Origin: Alphaproteobacteria bacterium
GTDB taxonomy: Bacteria; Pseudomonadota; Alphaproteobacteria; UBA2966
Assembly: GCA_030740435.1 (NCBI GenBank)
Contig: JASLXG010000066.1
Location: 24,603-88,602, forward strand
Direction of reading: 5' to 3'
DNA length: 64,000 bases
Under the pieces are notes generated by a model. The model did not search any database. It was not told the origin of the DNA and saw only the letters and a program-made list of their open reading frames with translations. Positions 14,024-22,250 of the stretch are shown here, one piece after another. A program made the translations under genes and the position numbers. The number at the start of each line of letters is the position of its first letter. Within the stretch, counting starts at the first letter, position 1.

Positions 14024-15880
14024 GTGACGCACAGCAAGGTTTTGACCGCCTGGCGCCCCTGGGTGCTGGCGGCTCTGGTGGCGACGCTGTTGCTGGCCCT
14101 GGTGCCGCTGCTGGGCAGCGCCCTGGATATCGCGTCGCCGGCCCTGGCGGCCGAAGGCGAGGCGGCGGCGGCGGCAAGCGGCGAGCAGGCGGCGGCCCCG
14201 GCCGGCCCGACCATCGCGCCGCCCAAACTGAAGAGCACCGACTATCCGGTTGTGGCCGGCGTCAACGGACGCATCTTCGTCTGGCTGGCGGCGCAATTGC
14301 ACCTCTGGTTCGCGGCCTTCGTGCTGGCCGTGCCGATCTTCGTCTTCATCATCGAAGCCATCGGCATGTACAGCCGCGACCAACGCTACGACAACATGGC
14401 CTACGAGTTCATCAAGGTCAGCATCACCGCCTATTCCCTGACCGCCATCCTGGGTGGCCTGTTGGCCATCGGCCTGATCGTTTTCTACCCGCACCTCTTC
14501 CAGTACATGTCCGGCGTCTTCAAGGAATCGATGGTCTGGTATGCGGTGCTGTTCTTCGCCGAAAGCGCCTGCCTTTACATCTATTACTACGGCTGGCACT
14601 GGCTGCAGGGCGGCTTCCGCAAGTGGGTTCATCTGACGCTGGGGCTGGTGCTGAATGGCGTCGGCACGACGCTGATGTTCCTGGCCAACGCCTGGCTCAC
14701 CTTCCAGATGAGCCCGGCCGGCGTCGATGCCGCCGGCCTCTATTCCGGCGACGTCTGGGCCGCCATCCACAATCCCTTGTGGAACCCCATCAACCTGCAC
14801 CGCATGATCGCCAACGTCGCCTACGGCGGCTCGGTGGTCGGCGCCTATGCCGCCTTCCGGTTTCTCTCGTCGCGCACGGCCGAGCTCAGGGCGCATTACG
14901 ACTGGATGGGCTACACCGCCAACTTCATCGCCATCAGCGCGCTCTTGCCGCTGCCCTTCGCCGGCTACTACCTGACGGCCGAGATCTACGCCTACAGCCA
15001 GCAGATGGGCATCACCCTGATGGGCGGCGTCTTCGCCTGGCTCTTCATCATCCAGGCGGTGCTGATCGGCACGCTGTTCCTCTCGGCCAACTATTATCTC
15101 TGGTGCGGCATGGGGCGCAGCGACGGGGCGCCGCGTTACAACCCCTATATCAAGTACATAGCCTTCGGTCTGGTGGCCTCGTTCCTGGTCTGGTTCACGC
15201 CCCACACCCTGGTGCTGACGAACGAGGAACTGAAGGCTCTGGGCGGGCCCTACCACAAGTACCTGGGGCCGCTGGGCATCATGCCGGCCAAGAACACGGC
15301 CGTGAACTACATGATCATCCTGACGGCGCTGAGTTTCCTGATTTACCGCCGCGCCAACAAGATCCCGACGGTAAGCTGGGTCAAGATCGGCAATGCCGTG
15401 CAGGTGGCCATGTTCACGGCCGCCGTCGTCAACATCCTTATCCTGGGCGTCTACCACGGCTACTTCACCAACACCGTCTACAAGGTGGCGAGCTCGATCC
15501 CCCAGGTGTTGACGACGCTGGTGGTGATCTTCGTCAGTACGCTCATCGACGTCTTCATGTACCGCGGCGCCAAGGACGTGGCGCCGCTGCATTGGGGCCG
15601 ATTGCCCGAACGCGCCCAGTACGCGCTCTTCCTGCTGGCCGTCTCGTTCACCTGGCTGATGGGCCTGATGGGCTACATCCGCTCGGGCATCCGCCAGCAC
15701 TGGCACGTGGTCGGCATCTTCCGCGACAACTCGGCCGACGCCTTCACGCCGACCCTGGCGGGCGGTGCCAATATCGTCTCTGTGGGGGTCATCATCTTCC
15801 TGGTGATGGTCATCTTCGTCTTCTGGGTCAGCCAGATCAGCGGCCGCAAGACCGAAGTGGCCGGATACTGGAGGACCTAG
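14024..15880 (+). CDS. CydA-like (cytochrome bd subunit I-like) polytopic membrane protein, module 2; no cydB partner
   Basis: 618 aa, about 14 hydrophobic segments. AAQLHLWFAAFVLAVPIF, AVLFFAESACLYIYYYGW, NLHRMIANVAYGG and MGLMGYIRSGIRQHWH are all shared with the module-1 paralogue. GTG start with GGGGGA 14015-14020. Confidence 0.65.
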   Translation: MTHSKVLTAWRPWVLAALVATLLLALVPLLGSALDIASPALAAEGEAAAAASGEQAAAPAGPTIAPPKLKSTDYPVVAGVNGRIFVWLAAQLHLWFAAFVLAVPIFVFIIEAIGMYSRDQRYDNMAYEFIKVSITAYSLTAILGGLLAIGLIVFYPHLFQYMSGVFKESMVWYAVLFFAESACLYIYYYGWHWLQGGFRKWVHLTLGLVLNGVGTTLMFLANAWLTFQMSPAGVDAAGLYSGDVWAAIHNPLWNPINLHRMIANVAYGGSVVGAYAAFRFLSSRTAELRAHYDWMGYTANFIAISALLPLPFAGYYLTAEIYAYSQQMGITLMGGVFAWLFIIQAVLIGTLFLSANYYLWCGMGRSDGAPRYNPYIKYIAFGLVASFLVWFTPHTLVLTNEELKALGGPYHKYLGPLGIMPAKNTAVNYMIILTALSFLIYRRANKIPTVSWVKIGNAVQVAMFTAAVVNILILGVYHGYFTNTVYKVASSIPQVLTTLVVIFVSTLIDVFMYRGAKDVAPLHWGRLPERAQYALFLLAVSFTWLMGLMGYIRSGIRQHWHVVGIFRDNSADAFTPTLAGGANIVSVGVIIFLVMVIFVFWVSQISGRKTEVAGYWRT

Positions 15881-15883
15881 GCG

Positions 15884-16702
15884 ATGATGAACTTCCTCAA
15901 GGTGGCCCTCTTCTCGCTGGTCGTCATCGGCTTTTTCGCGGGCTATTCCAACTGGGGCATCCCGCAGATCGAGCCGGCGGCGCCGCCGGTGGAAGAAGTG
16001 CTCGATCTGGGCGCCATGACCATGGACGACTTCATCGCGCTGGGCGGCAAGATCTACAACGGCAAGGGCACCTGCACGCTCTGCCACAATGCCGTCGGCG
16101 GCCGGGCGCCCATGCTCGATACCGCCGCCGGCCTGGTTGCCGAACGCCTCAAGGACGCCCGCTACAAGGGCGAGGCCAGCGACGCCGAGGGCTATCTGCT
16201 GGAATCGCTGGTCAATCCCTCGGCCTTCGTGGTGGCGGGCTTCGGCAAGAAGGGGACAGCCGATGCCGAAAGCCCGATGCCCGACGTCTCGGGCGGCTCG
16301 GTGGGCTTGAGCGAGGTCGAACTGGCGGCCGTGGTGGCCTTCCTGCAGGATCTCGGCGGCACCGATGTGACGGTGGAGATCCCCTCGGGCGCCCAGGCCT
16401 CCGACGAAAGCGGCGACGAGGAGGGCGAGCCCCGGGCGGCCTACGCCTCGATCGAGGAACTGATCGCCGAGCAGTCCTGCGGCGCCTGCCACAAGGTGGC
16501 CGGCGAGGAAGGCGACGTTGGTCCGGACCTCAACGGCATCGGCGCCAAGTACGATCGCGACTACCTGCGCCGTTCCATCCTCGATCCCAATGCCGACATC
16601 GGCCAGGGCTTCGAGGCCGACACCATGCCGGCGGAATACGGCACCACCCTCTATGCCCAGGAACTCGAAATGCTGATCGACTACCTGGCCAAACTGAAAT
16701 GA
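15884..16702 (+). CDS. membrane-anchored di-haem cytochrome c, module 2
   Basis: N-terminal TM helix. CTLCH and CGACH motifs. YLLESLVNPSAFVVAGF and DYLRRSILDPNADIGQGF blocks are paralogous to the 8769-9746 protein. Confidence 0.8.
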   Translation: MMNFLKVALFSLVVIGFFAGYSNWGIPQIEPAAPPVEEVLDLGAMTMDDFIALGGKIYNGKGTCTLCHNAVGGRAPMLDTAAGLVAERLKDARYKGEASDAEGYLLESLVNPSAFVVAGFGKKGTADAESPMPDVSGGSVGLSEVELAAVVAFLQDLGGTDVTVEIPSGAQASDESGDEEGEPRAAYASIEELIAEQSCGACHKVAGEEGDVGPDLNGIGAKYDRDYLRRSILDPNADIGQGFEADTMPAEYGTTLYAQELEMLIDYLAKLK

Positions 16703-16715
16703 GCAGGGGCGCGGC

Positions 16716-17483
16716 ATGAAAATTCCCAGGCTCCTGCTGTCGGTCATCACCGTCCTGGTCTTCTACGCCGCCTTCGAGGTGGTCTTCGGGCTGATCCTCG
16801 GGCAGCCCATCCCGGCCAGCCTGATGACCATGTACATGTTCTTCGTGGTTGCCGGCGTCTTCATGACGTTTACCTTCACCGAGGAAGGCGGCCGCGAGAT
16901 GGTGGCGCCGATCAAGGCGCTGGTCGAGGATCCCTCCAAACGCATGGTGCGCAACGTCGTCTTCGTCATCGTGCCGCTGCTGGCCGGTGGCCTGACGTAT
17001 TGGCAGATGCAGCCCTCCTTCGAGGCGCCGCTGGAGCTGCGTTCGATCCATCCGGCACCGCCCTCGAGCGCCAAGATCTACGGCAAGCGCTACGATCTGC
17101 TGACGCTGGAGAACCCGTTGCGCAAGTTCGAGAAGGAGGATCCCGAGAAGTTCCGCGAATTGGTGGCGGCGGGCGCCACGGTCTACATCGAGAACTGCCA
17201 GTACTGCCACGGCGACAAGCTCGATGGCCAGGGGCCCTACGCCCAGGGCCTCAATCCGGTGCCGCTCAACTTCCAGGACATCGGCACCATCGCCCAGCTT
17301 CAGGAATCCTACCTCTTTTGGCGCATTGCCACGGGCGGGCCGGGCCTGCCCAGCGAAGCCTCGCCCTGGCTCTCGTCGATGCCGGTGTGGCAGAGCTTCC
17401 TCAAGGAAGAAGAAATCTGGCAGGTCATCCTTTTCCTTTACGACTACACCGGCCACCGGCCGCGCTCATGGGAGCATGAATGA
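16716..17483 (+). CDS. 3-TM membrane-anchored mono-haem cytochrome c, module 2
   Basis: Three hydrophobic helices. CQYCH followed by FWRIATGGPGLPSEASPWLSSMP. Paralogue of 9753-10718. Overlaps the next gene by 4 nt. Confidence 0.8.
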   Translation: MKIPRLLLSVITVLVFYAAFEVVFGLILGQPIPASLMTMYMFFVVAGVFMTFTFTEEGGREMVAPIKALVEDPSKRMVRNVVFVIVPLLAGGLTYWQMQPSFEAPLELRSIHPAPPSSAKIYGKRYDLLTLENPLRKFEKEDPEKFRELVAAGATVYIENCQYCHGDKLDGQGPYAQGLNPVPLNFQDIGTIAQLQESYLFWRIATGGPGLPSEASPWLSSMPVWQSFLKEEEIWQVILFLYDYTGHRPRSWEHE

Positions 17484-19024
17484 TGGCTGCGGTGACGATG
17501 GATAAAGTGCTGCGGGCGCTGGGCGCCGGTATCGTGCTGGCCGCTCTTTCGGCGGGTGCCGCCCTGGCCGTGCCGGGCAATGCCGAGAAGGGCGAAAAGG
17601 TCTACCAGTTCCGCTGCCTGGCCTGCCACGGCGACGAAGGCGACGGCCTGGGCCCGGCTGCCGAGCGCCTCAACCCGCCGCCTCGGGACTTTACGCTGGG
17701 GATTTATAAGATCAAGACCAGCGCCTTTGACGAAGACGCGCCCAACGACGACGACATCTTCCGCATGATCAAGGACGGCATGCCCGGAACCGCCATGCCG
17801 GGCTGGTCGGACGTGCTCAGCGAGCAGGACATGTGGGACCTGGTGGCCTATCTCAAGGTCTTCGCCGAGATCGAGGAGGCGCCGGAGGGCCAGATCGACT
17901 ACGGCAAGCAGATCGAAAGCTCGGCCGACAGCATCGCCCGTGGGCGTGAAATTTTCCTCGATGGCGAGCGCTGCTCCGAATGCCACGGCCGTGAAGGCCG
18001 CGGTGACGGCATCAAGAAGCTCAAGGACGACAACGGCGCCCGCACCTGGCCCAGGAACCTCACCAAGGCCTGGACCTATCGCGCCGACAACAGCGCCAAG
18101 GAGATCTTCCGCCGCGTCACGGTGGGTATTCCCGGCACCCAGATGCCGGCCTTCGCCGATCCCAAGTCGAAAAAGAAACTGAGCATCGAGGAACGCTGGC
18201 ACGTGGCCAACTATGTGGCCTCGCTGGCCAAGACGGTGGAGGTCGTCAATCCCTCCAAGACGGTGATCGTGGCGGCCAAGCTCGAGGGCGCGCTGCCGGC
18301 CAAGGTCGACGACCCGAAATGGGCCGAGGCGGCGCCCGTGACCTTCATGCTGGTGCCCCAGATCATCGCCGAGGACAGGTTCTTCACGCCGGCCCACGAC
18401 AGCATCACCGCCCGCGCCTTCTATAACGACGAAGCGATCGCCATGCTGCTGGAATGGGACGACCGCACCAAGTCCTTGCCCGGGGACGACAAGGCGGCCC
18501 AGATCGCGGACGAGGAGCTGAGCTCCGACATGGTGGCCGTGCAACTGCCGGTGACGATTCCCATAAGCCAGGAGAAGCCCTATTTCCTGATGGGCGACAA
18601 ATCCCATCCCGTGAACTTCTGGCGCTGGTCCAGCGGCGGCAAGGAGGCGTCCCAGGGCGTCGAGTTGATGAACGCCACCGGGCCCTACGAGTTCGCCGAA
18701 CGCGACGCCGCCAAGACTGGTCTCACGGCCAGCGGCAGCTACAAGGACGGCACCTGGCGGGTAGTCATGACCCGGCCCTTGCGCACCGATGATGCCGAGG
18801 GCGACCTGCAGTTCGAGGAGGGCCGCTTCATCCCCGTGGCCTTCGCCAACTGGGACGGCTCCAACAGCGAAAGCGAAACCAGCCACACCCTGACGACCTG
18901 GTACTGGCTGCTGCTCGAGCCGCCGACGGGGACGCGGCCCCTGATCACGGCCCTGATCGTAGTGCTGCTGCTGGCGGCGGCCGAGATCTGGTGGGCGCGT
19001 AGCGCCCGTGGGTCCGATGCATGA
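17480..19024 (+). CDS. di-haem cytochrome c fused to EB_dh-like domain with C-terminal TM anchor, module 2
   Basis: CLACH and CSECH motifs. PRDFTLG and GTAMPGW/GTQMPAF blocks. Then ITARAFYNDEAIAMLLEWDD...FIPVAFANWDGSNSESE. C-terminal helix LITALIVVLLLAAAEIWW. Paralogue of 10718-12337. Confidence 0.65.
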   Translation: MMAAVTMDKVLRALGAGIVLAALSAGAALAVPGNAEKGEKVYQFRCLACHGDEGDGLGPAAERLNPPPRDFTLGIYKIKTSAFDEDAPNDDDIFRMIKDGMPGTAMPGWSDVLSEQDMWDLVAYLKVFAEIEEAPEGQIDYGKQIESSADSIARGREIFLDGERCSECHGREGRGDGIKKLKDDNGARTWPRNLTKAWTYRADNSAKEIFRRVTVGIPGTQMPAFADPKSKKKLSIEERWHVANYVASLAKTVEVVNPSKTVIVAAKLEGALPAKVDDPKWAEAAPVTFMLVPQIIAEDRFFTPAHDSITARAFYNDEAIAMLLEWDDRTKSLPGDDKAAQIADEELSSDMVAVQLPVTIPISQEKPYFLMGDKSHPVNFWRWSSGGKEASQGVELMNATGPYEFAERDAAKTGLTASGSYKDGTWRVVMTRPLRTDDAEGDLQFEEGRFIPVAFANWDGSNSESETSHTLTTWYWLLLEPPTGTRPLITALIVVLLLAAAEIWWARSARGSDA

Positions 19025-19260
19025 CGCCGAACCCGGCGGCTGACGACGAGGAGTTACGGGACGAGGAACCGGTCCGCGGCGTCAAGACGCGTATGATCGG
19101 CGCCGGCTTGATCTTTCTCGGCGTTCTCGACAGTCTGCTCAGTTGGCGGGGCGGTTTCGAGCCCAGCCTGTTTCATTGGTTTCTGATTGCCGCCGGCATA
19201 CTGGTTTTTGCCATCGGCGCGATCCGGCAGAGGCGGGACGCCGGGTCTCCGTCACCCTAG
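19021..19260 (+). CDS. small 2-TM membrane protein, translationally coupled to the preceding gene
   Basis: ATGA start/stop overlap at 19021-19024. Two hydrophobic helices (MIGAGLIFLGVLDSLL; FHWFLIAAGILVFAIGAI). Confidence 0.5.
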   Translation: MTPNPAADDEELRDEEPVRGVKTRMIGAGLIFLGVLDSLLSWRGGFEPSLFHWFLIAAGILVFAIGAIRQRRDAGSPSP

Positions 19261-19270
19261 GAGAGTGTCC

Positions 19271-20944
19271 ATGACTGCACCCGCGTCCAGCCAGCCAGCG
19301 CTGCAGGACGGTGCCCAGGCGTCGCCGCCCGACACGGCGCCGGTTTCCTTCAAGCGCTTCATCGTCGCCCTCGATGCTTCCGACCATGCCAACCGGGCGC
19401 TGGCCGAAGCGCTACGCCTCTCGGCCACGGCCGAGGGTGAGATCACCGGCATCCACGCCTATGCCGCGGCGCTGCATGACCGGCGCTTTCGCCAGATGGA
19501 AGGCGGCCTGCCCGAGCGCTACCTCGACGAAGAGGAAATGTCCTACCAGCGCGACGTCCACGACGACCTGATTACGCGCGGTCTCGACATCATCTCCGAC
19601 AGCTACCACGACCAGGCCGAGGCCGCCTGCGAGACGGCCGGGCTGCCTTATGCCCGCCTCAGCCCCGAAGGCAAGAACGCGAGCCGCATCGTCGAAGCCC
19701 TCGAGGCCGGGGGCCACGACGTGCTGGCCATGGGTGCGCTGGGCCTGGGAGCGGTGCCGGGCAGCCTGATCGGCACCGTCTGCGAGCGCGTGGTGCGGCG
19801 CTCGCCGATCGATGTGCTCGTCGTTCGCGATGTCGAACGGGCCATCGGCGAGGGGCCGGTGGTGGTCGGCCTGGATGGCTCGCCACAGTCCTTCGGGGCG
19901 CTGCTCACGGGCTTCGAGATGGCCCGCCGGCTCGGCGTCGAGCTGCATGCCGTGGCGGCCTACGACCCCTACTACCACTACGTCGCCTTCAACCGCATCG
20001 CCGGCGTGCTCAGCGACGAAGCCGGCAAGGTCTTTCGCTTCAAGGAACAAGAACAGCTGCACGAGGAACTGATCGACGAGGGCATCGCCAAGATCTATCA
20101 GTCCCACCTCGAGGTGGCGTCGCGCACGGCCAAGGATGCCGGCGTCGAGCTCGTCACCAAGCTCCTGGACGGCAAGCCCTTCAAGGCCATCGAGGCCTAT
20201 GTCCGTGAGGTCGGCGCCAGCCTGCTGATGCTGGGCAAGACCGGCATCCACGGCGACGCCATGATCGATATCGGCGGCAACACCGAAAACCTCTTGCGTC
20301 TCGCGCCCTGCCACGTCTGGATCGGCCAGGCCAGCCACGTGCCGGCGCTGGATATCGTCGCCGCCGAAAGCATCAGCTGGAGCCATGAGGCCGAGGCGCT
20401 GCTCAACCGCGCCCCCGAATTCGCCCGTGGCATGGCCCGCCAGGCGGTGATCCGCTTTGCCCATGCCCGGGGCAACACCTACATCACGTCGGATCTGGTC
20501 GAGCAGGTGGCGGCCAAGATGATGCCCGGCCGGGGCCAGGCGGAGGCGGCCGCGGCCAGCCCGGAAACGGTCTGGAGCGCCGCCGCCGAAGCCGAGCTGG
20601 CCAAGCTCGATGATGCCAACCAGGCCGCCGGTGTTCGCCTGCGGGCGGAAAAGCGGGCTCGCCGCGAGGGCGCGGCCGAGGTTGGCGCCGAGCACGTGCG
20701 GGCCTTTGTCGAGGCGCCGGCCGCGGCCACGCTGCCTTGGGCCGCGGCGGCGCTGGCCCGGCTGACCAGGGTGCCCGAGGCCATGCGCGATCGCACCCGG
20801 GCGCGCATCGAAGAGGTGGCGCGCGAGCAGGGCGCCACCGAGGTCACGCTGGCGATCTGCGAGCTGGGCCTCGAAGAGGCCCGCAAGGCCATGCACGAGG
20901 CCATGGTCAAAGGCGGTCACACCAAGACGGTCGAAGACGATTGA
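19271..20944 (+). CDS. tandem universal-stress-protein (UspA) domains followed by two PCP_red-like domains
   Basis: Two USP-like halves (FKRFIVALDASDHANRAL...VCERVVRRSPIDVLVV; VVVGLDGSPQSFGAL...NTENLLRLAPCHVWI). Two repeats of the W-x2-EA-x3-L-x3-P-x-(F/A)-x-R motif (ISWSHEAEALLNRAPEFARGMAR; LPWAAAALARLTRVPEAMRDRTR). RBS AGGAGAG before ATG 19271. Confidence 0.65.
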   Translation: MTAPASSQPALQDGAQASPPDTAPVSFKRFIVALDASDHANRALAEALRLSATAEGEITGIHAYAAALHDRRFRQMEGGLPERYLDEEEMSYQRDVHDDLITRGLDIISDSYHDQAEAACETAGLPYARLSPEGKNASRIVEALEAGGHDVLAMGALGLGAVPGSLIGTVCERVVRRSPIDVLVVRDVERAIGEGPVVVGLDGSPQSFGALLTGFEMARRLGVELHAVAAYDPYYHYVAFNRIAGVLSDEAGKVFRFKEQEQLHEELIDEGIAKIYQSHLEVASRTAKDAGVELVTKLLDGKPFKAIEAYVREVGASLLMLGKTGIHGDAMIDIGGNTENLLRLAPCHVWIGQASHVPALDIVAAESISWSHEAEALLNRAPEFARGMARQAVIRFAHARGNTYITSDLVEQVAAKMMPGRGQAEAAAASPETVWSAAAEAELAKLDDANQAAGVRLRAEKRARREGAAEVGAEHVRAFVEAPAAATLPWAAAALARLTRVPEAMRDRTRARIEEVAREQGATEVTLAICELGLEEARKAMHEAMVKGGHTKTVEDD

Positions 20945-20957
20945 GCATGGGAGGCTC

Positions 20958-22250
20958 ATGAACGCCCAGGCCCATATCGCCGAACCTCCCTTCCTGGTTG
21001 CCCTCAACCTGACGCGGCGGTGCAACCTGGCCTGCGCGCACTGCTACCTCGATGCCGGTACCCGGAGTGACGGGACGGCCGGCGAGATGGGCACGGCCGA
21101 GGTAACGGCGCTGCTCGTCGACATCGCGGCGCTGGACGACGAGACCATGGTGGTACTGACCGGCGGCGAGCCGCTGCTGCGCCGCGATATCGAGGATATC
21201 GCCCGCCATGGCGCCGATCTCGGCCTGATGGTGGTGCTGGGCTCCAATGGCACGCTGCTCGATGGTCCTCGCGTGGCATCGTTGGCGGCGGCCGGCGTGC
21301 GCGGCGTTGGCATCAGCCTCGATTCCCTCGACCCGGCCTACCACGACGGCTTCCGCGGCCGGCCCGGAGCCTGGGAGCAGGCCATGAACGGCATCGACGC
21401 CTGCCGCCGGAGCGGGCTCGGATTCCAGATCCACTTCTCGGCCACCGAGGAGAACGCGGCCGAGCTCGACGACATGATCGCCTTCGCCAAAAGTTCCGGG
21501 GCGCTGGTGCTGAACGTTTTTTTTCTCGTCTGCACCGGTCGCGGCGAGCGTTTCTCGGGCATCTCGGTGAAAACCTACGACCGGGTGCTGGAACGCCTGA
21601 CGGAGGCCGCCCACGACGATACGGGACCCCTGGTGCGGGCCAAGTGCGCGCCCCATTTCCGCCGCCTGGCGATCGAGCTCGATCCGGCCTGGGCGATCAC
21701 GCCGATGCACGGCTACGAGGCCGGTGGCTGTTTGGCCGGCAGCCGTTATTGCCGAGTCACCCCCGAGGGCGAGGTGACGCCGTGCCCCTACATCGAAGAG
21801 CCGGCGGGATCGCTCAGCCAGACAAGTTTCGCCGAGATTTGGCAGGGTGCCGAGCTCTTCGCCCGGCTGCGCCAGCCTGAGCTCGGCGGGCGTTGCGGCG
21901 TTTGCGAATACCGCCGTGTCTGTGGCGGCTGCCGGGCCCGGCCGGCGGCCCGCGACGGCGACCTGATGGGCGAGGATTTCCTTTGCGGCTACCAGCCCCG
22001 GGGCGGTGCCGTGATCGAGCCCCTGGTGCTGGCCGAGAGCGCTCTCGACTGGTCGCGCGAGGCGGAGCAGCGCTTGCGGCGCGTGCCCGCCTTCCTGCGC
22101 CGCATGGTGCGCCGCCGGGCCGAGGTTTTCGTGCGCGGCGAAGGCCGACAGCAAGTCGAGGCCGATGACCTCCAGACCCTGGCGCGGCGGCGCTTTGGCG
22201 AGGCCGGCCCGCCGCGGCCCGAATTTGACGGAGAGCGCCGTGAGCTTTGA
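20958..22250 (+). CDS. radical-SAM/SPASM enzyme (AhbD/NirJ-like) with C-terminal PCP_red-like domain
   Basis: CNLACAHC (C-x3-C-x2-C) near the N-terminus. Cys-rich SPASM-like region (CLAGSRYC...C...CGVCEYRRVCGGCRAR). C-terminal LDWSREAEQRLRRVPAFLRRMVRRR. Confidence 0.7.
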   Translation: MNAQAHIAEPPFLVALNLTRRCNLACAHCYLDAGTRSDGTAGEMGTAEVTALLVDIAALDDETMVVLTGGEPLLRRDIEDIARHGADLGLMVVLGSNGTLLDGPRVASLAAAGVRGVGISLDSLDPAYHDGFRGRPGAWEQAMNGIDACRRSGLGFQIHFSATEENAAELDDMIAFAKSSGALVLNVFFLVCTGRGERFSGISVKTYDRVLERLTEAAHDDTGPLVRAKCAPHFRRLAIELDPAWAITPMHGYEAGGCLAGSRYCRVTPEGEVTPCPYIEEPAGSLSQTSFAEIWQGAELFARLRQPELGGRCGVCEYRRVCGGCRARPAARDGDLMGEDFLCGYQPRGGAVIEPLVLAESALDWSREAEQRLRRVPAFLRRMVRRRAEVFVRGEGRQQVEADDLQTLARRRFGEAGPPRPEFDGERREL

